Source: Rhynchobatus australiae
Taxonomy: Eukaryota
Direction: 5' to 3'
Assembly: GCA_034780895.1 (NCBI GenBank)
Contig: JAUZTB010000087.1
Span: 26,340,062-26,404,061, forward strand
Length of the DNA stretch: 64,000 nucleotides
In this document: one piece after another, positions 1-13,555 of the stretch
How the letters are laid out: the number at the start of each line of letters is the position of its first letter
Numbering within the stretch: position 1 is the first letter of the stretch
Made by a program: the position numbers and the translations under genes
The notes under the pieces: model-generated
What the model was told of the DNA's origin: nothing
Databases searched by the model: none
Seen by the model: the letters and a program-made list of their open reading frames with translations, nothing else

Positions 1-143
1 ACAGTAGGGGAATAATGGGTTATGGGGAAAAGGCAGGTAAGTGGATCTGAGTCCATGGCTAGATCAGCCATGATCTTTTTGAATGACAGAGCAGACTCGA
101 TGGGTCAGTTGACCTACTCCTGCTCCTATTTCTTATGTTCTTA
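1..143 (+). mobile_element. CR1-type LINE 3' terminus
   Basis: Ends in ...ctactcctgctcctatttcttatgttcttatg, a typical CR1 3' tail; very similar to the CR1 end at 44150-44265. Confidence 0.75.
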
Positions 144-734
144 TGAATCCATTTACAACTTCTGTACATAAAGATGTACATAAAGTGGCTAATTTGTCTG
201 AATGGAATGGCACGGTAGATAAACATGAGGCTTTCCGTAAAACTGAGTTTTTGAACATCACAGTTAATTTCTCATTTTACAGTGTCAATTTAATGCCGGC
301 ACATAAATATATTCCTATCAAAATAATAAAAACTATAATTCCCCTCAAAATATTCCATTGCTTAGTTTGTTCTTCACCTTGGTGGGAAAAGTACACATTT
401 TATGTGGGGCACATATAATGCATAAGTACACATTAACGGGTACTGGGAAGTAAGCAACAGTCTGACAGTGTGGTACCATAAAAATGCGAGCCAACTGTAG
501 TCTATTATTTAAATTTTCAATATTTGAATGGGTTTAGGTTCACTCTGTTGGCTGATTCTCTTATCCTTGCTCAACAGCTGTTCTTTGATAGAACCCTGAA
601 GCTGGCTACTACACTGAGCTTTCACTGTACTTTTCACATGACGTCCTTTGCCAGTTTAAGTGTTTCACATGATGAGAAAATATTAACTACATCATCAGTG
701 TCCAACTGGAAATAAAGTTGTTTGAATGCAAAAA

Positions 735-1520
735 CACAAGAAATGGGAGCAGATGTAGGCCATATGGCCCCTTGAGCCTGCTCCGCCATTCAATAGGATA
801 ATGGCTGATCTCATCTTGGTCTCAACTCCACTTAGCTTCCTGATCCCCCTTAATCCTTCACTTCCTTACAGATTCCCTTGGAGTTCAAAAATCTGCCTAT
901 CTCCATTTTGAACAGATACAATGATTCAGCCTCTATGGCTCGAGGGAAAAAAGTTCCAAAGATTCAAAATCCTGAGAGAAGAAAGTCCTCTTCATCTCAG
1001 TCTGAACAGGCAATCCTTTGTTCACAAACTACATCCCCTAGTTCTAGATCCTCATCAAAGAGCAACATCCTCTCGGAACCTACACTATTAAGTTCCTTCC
1101 AAATTAATAAATTTCTGTACAATTACCTTTCATTTTTCTAAAATCTAGTAAGTATAAGCCCAGTCGGCTCATCTTTACAGCGTAAGGCTACTCCTTTGTA
1201 CCAGGAATCAAGCTGATGTACCTTTTCCAATTATCCCCAGTGCAAGAATATCCTTCCTTGAACTAGAAGACCAAAATTACGTGCACAAGTGTCGTCTCAC
1301 TAATGCATGTACATTTGTAGCAAGACTTCTCTACTTTAGCATTCAAGTCCCCTTGCTCTGAAGCCCAACATTCTAATTACTTGCTGTACCTGCATGCAAT
1401 CTTCCCATACTTCATGTATGTGGACACATCTCTTTATATAGCAACATTCAGTGATCTATCTTCAATTAAACAATGTGTTGCTTCTTTTTTCTTGCTGTCA
1501 AAGTGTATTTCCCCACATAA
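735..1520 (-). mobile_element. Degenerate CR1 LINE 3' fragment
   Basis: Reverse complement of the CR1 3' end (ggcccctTgagcctgctccgccattcaataggataatggctgatc) followed by decayed RT C-terminal sequence. Confidence 0.65.
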
Positions 1521-1818
1521 TGCAGTCTCCTGCCATGTCCTTGCAGTGAAGGGACTAGCAAATGATGCAGTTTCCATTTTTCTGAGAGATGACAACTAAG
1601 ATTAGCAGATGCTGTACACAAAGCACCATATTACAGTACAGATTCTTTCACTGACTTATTACTGATTTCAGGGCAATGTGCTTTTAGTTTTTAGTGAGTG
1701 TTTCATGAAGTTTTGAAGCTTGCAGTAGAAGAAACATGTATTGCATGGTTTGTGATGTCATTAGGTTTATGACCGGCTCTAGGAAAATATCAGTTGCACA
1801 TGAGTGATTTGTGTTTGT

Positions 1819-1989
1819 AAGTGCTGAGGCCAATTTCCAAATGGGTGAAGTTTCACCCTATGTCCCTTTGCAGACTCTGTAAATTAGAAAATGAATTCAT
1901 CAGCATCAGTATTTTATGTGCAAATCCAATTTAAATGCAACTTTACAAAGAAAGAAACCACACCCATCTGGAAATTGGCCTCAGCACTT
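1819..1989. mobile_element. MITE-like element with 29-bp terminal inverted repeats
   Basis: 1819-1847 aagtgctgaggccaatttccaaatgggtg vs 1961-1989 cacccatctggaaattggcctcagcactt: 28/29 reverse-complement identity. Confidence 0.6.
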
Positions 1990-4900
1990 TCATAAAAGAG
2001 TCACTTGAGTGCAGCTGATATTTTCCCAGAGTCACTNNNNNNNNNNNNNNNNNNNNNNNNNNNNNNNNNNNNNNNNNNNNNNNNNNNNNNNNNNNNNNNN
2101 NNNNNNNNNNNNNNNNNNNNNNNNNNNNNNNNNNNNCACTTGTAAACTAATGACAGCACAAGCCATGCAGCAACACATATTTCCTCCCCTATCAGCATAA
2201 CTTGGAGCTTTTGAGTAAAACTTTCATTAAACACTCAGAAAAAACTAGTAGCACATTGTCTTGAAATCAGCAATGAGATGTTAAGGAATCTGTACTGTGA
2301 TAATGATGCCTTGCATAAAGCACCTGCTAGTCTCAATTTTCAATGCAGAGGAAAATGGAAACTATATTGGTGTCAATCCCTTCGATTTTCACAGCCTTTT
2401 TATAAAATTCTCATCAGAGCTGCATGCTGCGATCACTGGCCACTTCATCATTCCACAACTTACTGTGTGGTATGAGGACTTAATCAGGGCAGACCATTAC
2501 ATGGGAACTACATCCCTCCCACCCCCAAACACACACACACACGTTTCCCATGTCCCCCCTCTCCAGCATTGTCCCTCACCTTCATAGTAGCCTTTTATGT
2601 AGCTGCTTGACAACTATCATGGGAGAGTTCATTTTAAGAACTAATGTACTTCCCAGTGATCAGTGAAGAAATATGTAGTAATTGTGAGCTTCATATGTAA
2701 TTCTCAACGGGGACCAGACGGGTCCCACTTTAATTCATGACTCTATGTACAAACTGCCAGTGACAACTCACTGATAAAGGACTATCAAGATTCAAGCCTG
2801 ATGGTGGTAAATTCATTTCAAGTCAAAGCAATAAAACATGGTTAGTTTGTTAATTCTTTTTTGTACTTTGTGAATACAGCACCATCTACATCATGCAGCA
2901 TTTATCGACTACAACAGCAGGTTTATTACCTGTCAAGTTCTCCAAACAATATTAATCAGTGAAATAAACAATATAAATACAGTACTTCCACTCAGTGCCT
3001 GTTGGATGGAATGTCCTCCAATATGGCATCATTTCAGCTAACAATTTGATTGAGGACTTTTGGCCATTCATACATAGCATTCGTTACCTAGATAGTAAAT
3101 CAAAAGCTATTGAAATTCCACGACATCCATTATCTGATCGACTGTTCCAATTATACACCATTTAGAAATCTCCATCCATATATAGGTACTGAGGTTAATT
3201 TGAGGTTTTGGTGATTTTAGTTGCTTGAGTGTTCTAATTTATTTGTCTGAGAAGGTGTACCTCATAAACAGTATAATCACTGCTTTGCTTAAAGCACATA
3301 ACACCTTTCCTTCGAAACAAAATGCTGGATTTTGAAAGAAACTTACTGATGACTGCATATGCATGAGTGTGTAGAGTTCTTGTTTGAACTGTGGACTCCA
3401 TCTGTGCATGCAAAGATCTTAAATTTTGCTACACTATTTCATTGTTGTCAAGGAAACTGTATTAATTGAGATTTCAGCCAGAGGGGTGCCAAGGAATACT
3501 TGCCAACAGATATTGGCGACTCACAGCAGCTATACCACGCTGCAGCTCTACCCAGATAAATCCAAAACTCCAGCTGGAGGTGGAGTCCCAACTCTCACTG
3601 GGATCTCATGCATGTTGAAGCACAGTCAGAGATGAGAATTACTACACTACAGCCTTTCTTCACCTCTCCTCTCTTCAACTAAATTCCTACCTGTCAGAGA
3701 AACAATAGTTTTGTGTGGCAGCTTTTAACAGATGAATAAATGTAATCATTATTGAGCTGCTTTGAATGATCAAAGGACTTTTTACAGTAGGTGGAAAGAA
3801 AACTACTTCATCGATCAAAGTTGAGAAGAAGGTTGTATAAACAAAAATTTGGCCAGGCCATTCGCAGATAATGATACGCAGCACTTCTTCACACAGAGTC
3901 ATGGAAATCCCCCATTTAGCAATTGGAAATCTCAAAACTGAAAATGAGATTGATAAATTTTTGTTACATTTTATTAGAATTCGGCCATAATCAAATGGCA
4001 AAATAGACTTTGGGGACAGTATTATCCTCACTTTTTTCTATGATATCCATCTTGGGCANNNNNNNNNNNNNNNNNNNNNNNNNNNNNNNNNNNNNNNNNN
4101 NNNNNNNNNNNNNNNNNNNNNNNNNNNNNNNNNGTTCACAGATACCAGCTCTGGTGTTGGCAAATGCCAGCAGTGACATCTTTTGCAACACCGTGTTACC
4201 AGCTTCCCCTGTTCTGCATGAGTGGACTTTCCAAGGAGTCCAACAGAACTGCACAGACTTGCAGAGACTTCCTAGCTCTCAGGCTGAGATATTCGATCTG
4301 CCAAGCCTCTGCCAGGTTTAACCTGGTGCATACAGGGGCCCCGATGAAACCAATGGGAAGAAATGCCTGCTGGGAGAATAGTAAGAAGACTATTTTATTC
4401 AGTTAGTTTAAATGTATTTAAGTGTTTTTAAGTGTGTGGGGCTGATTTTAACTGTTATCATTTATTTCTATATTTGTTCTACTTGTTAAAAGTTCCTGGA
4501 TTGTTTTTGATTGTCTGTGACTCTCAAAGACAAGAACAAAGTTTTAGTGAGTTTCGACAGCTTGTGAGCCTGGAGGGCATTCAAAGCCATTCTGAGAGAG
4601 TGCAGCAGGCCATTAACACTGGGAGAGGTCTTTAGCTAATCCATAATGTGTTCTGCTGGGTGGCACTGTTGAGCTGGAAGACTGTAGCCAGGACTACAAT
4701 GGAAGAGGCGGTGTGGTCCAAGGGCAGGTAGCCAGCATTGTCAGAATCAAAAGAAAGATCTGCCCATTGTGCAACCTGACCAAAATTGGACCAACTAAGT
4801 TGCAAGCTACCAGTCAAACCTGGAAAGAATACATTAATGACAGTTGTTTAATGCAAGAAGTGACCACTAAAATTAACAGACCACATGCAAGGCCACATCA

Positions 4901-5744
4901 CAGAGAGGCTAATTAGCCAGTGATAAATCTCCAGAACCACAGTGGCATTTGTCAACCACTACCACAACCTGGCCGTTAATATATACAATGAATGAGCTAG
5001 CTTATGTAAAATCATTACAGTTCCAAAATTTTAGAAGATGATCATGGCACAGAGAAGACTGGAATTCTAAAATTGCCTTTGGCGTTTGTGCACAGCCATA
5101 CAGCATTCAGCTTTACCCCACCATAAGCAAATAAATCGGATGGACTGGGGCGATATCCAGTTGGAACAATGTGTTTTGCAGCAGCCAGATAACAGCATTT
5201 TTTTCCTTCAAACACATGGGAAGGTTGATATCACCATGGCCAATACCAAGTCATGTCTTTGTGTATTAATGGAACTTTCCGGAAAGTTTTGGCTCCAATA
5301 TAGGATAAGGAGTAAGCCATTCAGTTATATCGTGGTTGATCTATTTTCCCCATGTGAATTATTTAATAGTTTAACTAAAGAGAACCTTCAACTGTGGTGT
5401 CATTCTACACTATATTACTTGCATGAAGGAGATGAAATGCCACCTCTGGTGATAAAAACATGCAGTGTTGTAGTGGATTACTTTACAAGTGCCAATGATT
5501 TTAAAGAATTTGGTGGAAGATTTAATTTGTGTAAGTGCATATGCCAAGATAGACTTCCTCTTTAAAAGTACTACGCCAGTTTGGTATAATTTGAATAAGC
5601 TGAAAGGTTGCTTCCAAATATAATGAGACATCTGTTAACAACTAACCCAAGTTTCCTTCTTTTTCTCTACAGTAGAATTTTAGAATGCCTTAACATTGTC
5701 ATTTTTTACATTACAGGCCATCCCCGGGTTATGAGAACCTGCAT

Positions 5745-6087
5745 TATTTAATTTTATTTACAGTGTAGCAGGCCCTTCCGGCCCAACGAGTCCACACCGC
5801 CCATTTTTTAAACCCAAATTAACCTATCCGTACGTCTTTGGATTGTGGGAGGAAACCGGAGCACCCGGAGGAAACCCACGCAGACACGGGAGAACGTACA
5901 AACTCCTTACAGGCAGCGGCNNNNNNNNNNNNNNNNNNNNNNNNNNNNNNNNNNNNNNNNNNNNNNNNNNNNNNNNNNNNNNNNNNNNNNNNNNNNNNNN
6001 NNNNNNNNNNNNNNNNNNNNGAATCGAACCAGTGTCGCTTGAGCTGTAATAGCATAATGCTAACCACTATGCTACCGTGCCGCCCCT
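5745..6087 (-). mobile_element. V-SINE (HE1-like tRNA-derived SINE), split by a gap
   Basis: ggaggaaaccggagcacccggaggaaacccacgcagacacgggagaacgtacaaactcc is the reverse complement of the V-domain; tRNA-like head at the right end. Confidence 0.75.
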
Positions 6088-7852
6088 AAATTATGGACGC
6101 CCCATACATACAAACGAACTCCCATAATATTATTAAATTCAAAAGTCTGACATACGCACATACATTCATTCCTACTCTCTCTACTTTTACTAATTATTCT
6201 TCTTATCAGTCTCATGTGCTTTAGATGCCATTCATTACAATTCTGCAGAGATCCGGTTACCATATTGAATGATTTTTGCGTATATGCCGACCTATGGACA
6301 AAATCGACATGGGCATCTGCAAAAAATGGAACCCATTCATTACCCAGAGATGGCCTATACTCAGCTTGCTGCAATATTGCCAAGAGAAATATTGATGAAA
6401 GAAATTTCAATAGTAATACTGTAAAATATTTTTGCTACACCTGTTGATAACAATTTCCTGAAGATGCTAGTGAAATGTAAAATTGCTTCATCCAGCACTT
6501 AAGCAGTGAACATAACTTGCTTCTGTGTGGTCCCCATAACAACACATGGCAGAATTATACAGAAGTAAAAAAAGGACATGCAGGAATTAGGGATTGAGAC
6601 TCAAGCCATTGGGGATTAAGAAGAGGTATTAAAGAAATTGTAAAAGGATTGACTGTCTTGAAAAGAGAATTTCAGAAGGCTGGATGCAACACCTTAAAAT
6701 TCAGCCTCCAATTATAAAGTGGAAGAATAAGGAATAAGCAATAATGCAGGATTAGAACAAGAGAAAGCTGGAATGAGAAAAACAAAACCCACGAGAATGA
6801 AGACAGCCGACAAAAGGGTCCGCAATGAGGGAGTCATCAAAAGATCAATTTGCTGGACTGTAGAGAAATAATGAAATTGGCAAGACTGGGACTAATGAGA
6901 CCACATAAATTAGTAAGGACAAAATCATGTTCTGCAGAGATATGAATGACAGAAGGGTGTCATTATGGAAAACAAAGGTTGCTAAGAGTTCCAGAAATGG
7001 AGCAACTGAGAATGTCACATAATAGACAATGATCTTCAATGCAAGTAACCTTCATAATAGATGTAGAATAGGACATTTGGCTCAGTTATGCGTCACTAAA
7101 TTCAACCTGATTAATCAGATAGTGTGACTGATAGTGGCAAAACCAAAGGCTGATAGGTGCCAGCAATAGCAAGGAAAGATAACATGGACATTTAAAAGAG
7201 GAAACAGTGAAAGCAGACTTCAAATGCACGAGTACAAAACCTGAAAATAAAATTAGATTGACAACATCAGTAAACATGGTTTGAGATTAAGAAATTAGAT
7301 TGAAGGTTGACTTGAGAGAATAAGTAATGGACCAATATAAAATCAGCTGAAGATGTTGAGAGTGAGATGAAAGAGCAGTAGAATTTGGGACGGAGTATAA
7401 AAAGTGCTCAAGAAAGAAGAATACACGGAAAACAGTGCAAATGGATGTCTTACTTTACCAAAACAGAGTTCCTAGTTTAACAAGGAGGATGGAGTTTAAC
7501 ATAGTGATGCAATAAATTAACAACAGCTAATTTGGCCCATACAGCATTTGATGCATTACAAACCGATATTCAATTTAACCAACCAAATATCTGAATTTTT
7601 CAATCAATTCTTGCCAANNNNNNNNNNNNNNNNNNNNNNNNNNNNNNNNNNNNNNNNNNNNNNNNNNNNNNNNNNNNNNNNNNNNNNNNNNNNNNNNNNN
7701 NNNNNNNNNNNNNNNNNAGGAAGTTGTGGGCATGTTATGTTGGCGCCGGAAGTGTGGCGACACTTGTGGGCTGCCCCCAGAACACTCTACACAAGAGATG
7801 CATTTCATTGTGTGTTTCGATATACATGTGACTAATAAAGATAACTTATCTC

Positions 7853-8140
7853 ACTATAACACTGAGGTACGGTACCAGTGGGGACGGGTCTGTTGCTGTG
7901 TAACACCGAGGTACGGTACTGGTGGGGATGGGTCTGTCGCTGTATAACACCGGGGTATGGTACTGGTGGGGATGGGTCTGTCGCTGTACAACACCGGGGT
8001 ACGGTACTGGTGGGGACGGGTCTGTTGCTGTATAACACCGGGGTATGGTACCGGTGGGGACGGGTCCCTCACTGTATAACATCGGGGAACAGTGCTGATC
8101 AACAATGGGGCAAGTACTGGTGGGACAGGTCTGACATTGT
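7853..8140. repeat. ~44-bp minisatellite, about 5-6 copies
   Basis: Repeated unit ctgtataacaccggggtacggtactggtggggacgggtctgtcg; it produces the repetitive ORFs (TATDPSPPVPYPG...). Confidence 0.9.
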
Positions 8141-8373
8141 CCAACACTGAGGACCTTCAGCTATTCCTGACCTGTCTTGTGGACCAATACAACATCTACA
8201 ATTCATTCCCAGGTGTTCCACTGTCCTGACTTCAGAAACCGTGCTAATTGCAGACGCAGTTTATATTCATGCTGCAGCAATCAGGAGCACGTCGCTGCTG
8301 GACGGTGGGTTTGAGTGCAGTATATAGGAGGCCTGAGGACAGAAGCAGCCCAGCTACACGACTGGTGTCTCAC

Positions 8374-8526
8374 CTGACGTTGGGATCTGCGCCGTACTGC
8401 AGGAGGAGCTTTAAGCAGCGGACTGCACCTTCGGTGTCCTGCCCCGAGGCCAGGTGCACTGCCGCTGTCCCCTCTGGCAGGACCAGGTTGGGATCTGCAT
8501 GGTCTTTCAACCATTTCTCCAAGGAT
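8374..8526 (-). other. Orphan ankyrin-repeat coding exon, ANKLE1-like (isolated exon or gene fragment)
   Basis: Minus strand ccctcag|A TCC TTG GAG...AAC GTC AG|gtgaga; 153 nt, phase 2/2, no stops. Translates SLEKWLKDHADPNLVLPEGTAAVHLASGQDTEGAVRCLKLLLQYGADPNV(R), matching from memory the N-terminal ankyrin region of ANKLE1 (..LLRCGADPNLVLEDGAAAVHLAAG..GLRCLGALLRQGGDPNAR). Confidence 0.75.
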
Positions 8527-9489
8527 CTGAGGGATTAGAATCATCAACACCCAGTCAGTAATTGGTAATCGGTTTATTGTCACGTCCTGAGCTACAGTAA
8601 AGCTTTAGTTTGCATGCCATCCAGACAGCGGGATAGCACAAAGGAGAAAGAAAAAACATCAGAGACAGGCAGGCATCGTTGAAAGACTTTTGTTGCCTTG
8701 TTCCCACCTTGCCCGAGGTCAGGGGTGGGCTTCACCCACACTACCCAGGCAACAAACACTGATTGCATTTTGGAAGCACCTGTTGATGTGGCACAAGCGA
8801 TCACCAGACAAAATGCAGCACTGGAGTACGTGGAGATACTGGGACTATCAGCTTGGTTGAAGTGGCCCTGTAAAAGGGAAAAGCACGAGGTGGAGGTCAG
8901 AGGGAGAATTCCACAGGGTCGGATCAAGGCAGAGGGTCAGCCACCAAAGGCATCCGAACAGGAGGAGATGGAGATCCCAGAAGCTCACAGGGCTGCAGGG
9001 GTTTCCAGAGCAGGGGGGGCAACAACATGCAGGGTTTTAATGTTAAGGCACTGCCAATGTAGAGACAATGGTGGGGTTGAGGGAAACGTGCAGCTCGGGG
9101 TGCAGCCAATGTCTGCTAGGTACATCTTTAAAGCAGATGTACTGACAGGACAGGATTGAACCAGTGGGAGTGGACACCACAGACTGGGAGCTGGGTCAGG
9201 ACAGAGGAAACATGTGGGTCTGAGTGCTGTCCCAGGGAGGATAGGACTGTCATTGATCACATCAGCCAAACCGGACAGAGTCAGGACAAAGCACAGACAG
9301 TGATGAACAGCCGGTGGCAACACACAGACTGGGGTGTACGGATGCAAAAACACAGAAGGTGACTGAGACAAAATGGAACTACAAAATGCAACCAGCTGAC
9401 CGAAAGTAAGAATATGTCAGATGAGGGACAGTCCCTAATGGTGCAAATCAGACCAGCTAACGTATGCTTTCTACATGTGCAGATGTCCT

Positions 9490-10160
9490 GGAATCACAGA
9501 ACAGTTACTGCATGGAAGGAAGCCACTTAGCCTGTCAAGTCCACATGGACTCTACGTAAGACCTATCCAGCTATTCCCACTTCAGCACCATCTTGCCATA
9601 GCTCTGCAAATTACTTCCCTTCAGATTATCCAGATCCCTTCTGAATGCTACAATTAAATCCTTCTCCACCATGAACCCTGGCGGTGCATTCCAGATCATA
9701 ACCATTGACAATATAAAAAAAAATTTCCTTATGTCTCTTCTGGTTCTTCTGCCAACCATCTTCATTCTCTCTCCCCTGGTCTTGACCATTCTACCAATGG
9801 GAACAGTTTCTCTCTATCTACTCTGTCTATAACCTACATGATTTTAAATACCTCGATCAGATCCGCCCATAACCAATTCCTTTCCAACCCTGTCTCTCCA
9901 GTCTACAAATATAATTGAAGTCCAACATCCTGGAATCCTTCTGGTAAATCTTTTCTGCACTTTCTCTAAGGCCTTTACATCTTCCCCAAATGACCAGAAG
10001 AGAACACAAGACCCTAGTTGTGATCGACCCAGTGTCTTAGAAAAGTTCATCATAACTTCTTTGATCTTATACTCTATGCCATTATTTATAAAGAACAGGA
10101 TCCCACATACTCTCTTAGCCACTTTTTCCAATGTGCCCTGTCACATTCAATGAACTATGT
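9490..10160 (-). mobile_element. CR1 LINE RT C-terminal fragment
   Basis: ORFs 9844-10131 (..GIEYKIKEVMMNFSKTLGRSQL..ALEKVQKRFTRRIPG) and 9571-9789 (KTRG..RRDIRKFFF..WNAPP) are CR1 ORF2 C-terminal motifs. Confidence 0.85.
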
Positions 10161-12289
10161 TTAGAAACATGAGAATATAAAAAATAGGAATAAGCCATTT
10201 GGGCTTTCAAGCCATTCAGTATGATTTTAGCTAACTTGGAAAAGAACCTGCATTTGGGTCTCATGCGCACAACGTAACAGATTGTGGTTTGTTATAATTC
10301 TGCTACTGCTGCTGATGGACAACAGCTTTGAGCTCCAGATCTACTCTGAATATATCACATTGAGCATGATGGTGGTGGCACACAACACAAGGGAGGATGT
10401 GAAGATAGCTCTTTGCCTGCACAAGTATTGAGCAGCAATCACTTCCACCAATATTGTCTCGGATCAAGACATCTGCAAGGGGCAGATTGGTGAAGTTGAG
10501 GTTGTTTACTCCTCATTCTAGTTCTCTCATTGTGAACCACAGACACATTGGGCAGATGTGATTTTCAGCTGAGCCAGTGAAGCCACCAAAGAGCATTGAA
10601 GTACCCTACCTAGAATACATTCTGTAATGCTGTTACTCTCAGTGCCTCTTCCATATGCTGTCTGACATGGTAGAGTACAGATTCATTAACTGAAGAATAG
10701 TAGGTGGCAATGGTGCTTTGTCAATATCTGACTTACCATGATACAACATCAAATAACAGTTGAGGATCCCTGAGGCTATTCCGTCTCACTTGTATACTAC
10801 AGTGCCATCATCTAGAGTGGATGTGTCCTGGTGGGGCAGCACATACCCAAGGTTGTAATGGAGGAATCTGGGACATCCCCTAAATGGTATGATCCTTTGA
10901 GTAAGACTATCGTTAACATCTTCGAGCTTAAACACTAGGCCCCCATGAGGTGGACTTTGGAAGGTGGACCTGCCCAAGGACATCTGAATCTGGTCTATAG
11001 ATCTAAGCCAAGTTATCCTTCTGGTCNNNNNNNNNNAGCAATTGAATAGCATAGAAGACAATTTCAGCGGAAGTTAAGAACAATCCACAATGGTTCTGCA
11101 GTTACATAAAGGCCAAAGCAGGAAGGGACAATAGATTTTCTTCCCTTAAGGATGTCATCTATTTTAATAACTATCTATTAGTTTTGTGGTCAGAAATAAC
11201 AAGGTCAGATTTTGTTTTTAGAATTCTAGGTTATTTAGTCATTTAAATTTACTGAATTTAAATTCCCCATAAACCAGGACGATTTTTAAATTTACACCTC
11301 CAGATCGATCTCCAAGCCTCTGGTTTACTAGTCCAGCCACTCATCCATTGTGCCACCGTCTCCACTCCCAATANNNNNNNNNNNNNNNNNNNNNNNNNNN
11401 NNNNNNNNNNNNNNNNNNNNNNNNNNNNNNNNNNNNNNNNNNNNNNNNNNNNNNNNNNNNNNNNNNNNNNNNNCCCAATAAGTCATCGATACCCAGTTCT
11501 CCAGAAAGTTGCTCATTATAACCAAGGGCACTCTAGTAATATACAGAGAATGTTATTATAAGAATGTCACACAACTATGACCCACCTAAGGAAGTAGAAA
11601 TAGTTCTAAAAAGCATCAATTTATAAGACTTATTAACTTGATTTATGGTCAAACTTATTCTCTCCATCAACAACAATTTCCCCACTACATGAAAGCTACT
11701 AAAGTGAAAAAGAAACAAAACATGAAGAATGTCCAGCTCACTGCTTATAAAGGTCATATACTGAATTAATTGGATTTAAATCTTGCATAATATGAGAGCA
11801 GCACATTATGACAGTGGAATGAGAGAAAAGTTACTTAGCTAAAAATAGTTAGCTTTTGACTATCTCAAGGCCATAAGAATGAAGTCTAGGAATGGAACAG
11901 AATCATGTAGTCATCCTTTTCAACATATCTTGTGCATCAGATGCCTAACATCTTGACTCATGTTCCAACTTTCAATTGGACCCGCAAATCACAAAGCAAA
12001 GCTGTAACTAAGGTTCACATTAACCATATTTTCTTTTGCCTTGCCTTTTTCTTTTGGTTTCATTTGTTTTCAATTCTTCCATTGCCACAGGCAGATATAT
12101 CTGTTAGCAATAAAACTGAAGGAAAAGAAACTGCAGTTTTCAAGCTACATGTATACTTTTTTTCTGATTTATGCAAGTTTATATAATCAGGTAACAATTG
12201 AAAACATATTTACAACTCCTAGGCAAGGAATGGAGAACCAGTTCCAGATATTGAAAAACAAATTAAACAAATGGTTCAGGTGAGAGAAT

Positions 12290-13150
12290 CAAGTGCAAAT
12301 TTGTCAGTAGTACAAAGCTAGGTAACAGAGTGGACTGTGAATAGGATGCAGAGAAGCTTCAGGGGTTACGGAGAGGTCATATAATGTGGAAAAATGTGAA
12401 GTCATCCACTTCAGTAGAAAAAATAGATAGACTGATTATTTTCCAAATAGGGAAGGTCTGAAAGGTTCTGGTATTCAAAGGGACCTGGGTGTCCTTGTGC
12501 ACAAATACACATCTTACTCCAACGNNNNNNNNNNNNNNNNNNNNNNNNNNNNNNNNNNNNNNNNNNNNNNNNNNNNNNNNNNNNNNNNNNNNNNNNNNNN
12601 NNNNNNNNNNNNNNNNNNNNNNNNCCTTGTGCACAAATACACATCTTACTCCAACGGGTCATCCTGCTCTTGAATATTATGTAAGGGACTGGTTTCCTTA
12701 CCCAAGGAAGGACATCAGCAATAGCTGAATTAGTTTACCAAACTGATTCCTTGTATGGCAGGTTTGTGGTATGAAGCAAGATTTAGCTAATTGGGCCTAT
12801 ACTCTTTAAGGTTTAGATGAGTGAGAAGTGATTGAAATGTACAGGGATTTTATGAATTGACAGGGTAGATGAGGAGCTGATGTTTCCTCTGACTGGGATA
12901 TCTAGAACCAGCGGTCCCACTCTCAAAATAAGGAGCTGGCAATACATGACAGAGATGAGTAAATATTTCTTCTCCCAATGGGTTGTAAATTTTTGGAATT
13001 ACCTACCCTAGAAGGCTGCAAAGGCTAAGTTACTGAGTAAGACAGAGATCAATTGATACCAATCAAGGGCTATGAAGGTTGGTACAGGAAAGTGCTGGGG
13101 TAAAAGGGACGTAATGGCCTATTCCTTCTTCTATTTCTTATGTTTTTAGA
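12290..13150 (+). mobile_element. Degenerate CR1 LINE 3' fragment
   Basis: aaatgtgaagtcatccactt (KCEVIH), caaagggacctgggtgtccttgtgcac (QRDLGVLVH), and the 3' tail cctattccttcttctatttcttatgt. Confidence 0.75.
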
Positions 13151-13239
13151 TTCTTATGTTCTTACATAGTACTGTATTTCTTGTCTTGGATGTCTTTTTC
13201 ATACAGATAATTATTATTTATTTCCTTATGGGTTTGTTA

Positions 13240-13555
13240 GTATCAGGTATAACTCAATGGGAAGCACTCCTTGATCTTGAGAGAACTGAATAAAAATCTA
13301 CTTTGATTCTCCATAGCAGTGCTGAGGGAGTGCTGAATCATTGGAGATGCTCTCATTTAGGCGAGAAGTTAAACCAAAACCCTGTCTGTCAAGAGGTTAA
13401 GTCACTATTTCATAAATAAATAGTATAATGGAGTTATTCCTGTGGTCTTGACAATATGGTTCCCTCAGCCAACATTACTAAAACTCATTGCATTGGCTGT
13501 AAAGTTTTGGGGACATGGTGAATTTGTGAAAGGTGTTTCTTAAATGGAAGGTTTT
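13240..13555 (+). mobile_element. DeuSINE-like (SacSINE1/AmnSINE-related) remnant
   Basis: gcagtgctgagggagtgctg...ggagatgct...gagaagttaaaccaaaaccctgtctg resembles the conserved Deu domain; L2-like tail. Confidence 0.5.

Noticed and set aside
5086-5631. 159-aa plus-strand ORF and opposite 73-aa ORF
   Set aside because: No motif I can recognise with confidence; possibly decayed DNA-transposon sequence.
7853-8140. CRISPR-like regular repeat
   Set aside because: Contiguous tandem units with no unique spacers, eukaryotic context and no cas genes; it is a minisatellite.
8698-9159. 153-aa plus-strand ORF, and a search for ANKLE1 exon 1 in this block
   Set aside because: No recognisable homology; the candidate minus-strand exon from 8867 has no ATG-led frame that joins the ankyrin exon convincingly.
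12493-12656. 32-bp direct repeat either side of a 100-N gap; shorter overlaps at gaps near 11370, 16660, 17370 and 32895
   Set aside because: Overlapping contig ends left unmerged by the assembler, not biological duplications or TSDs.
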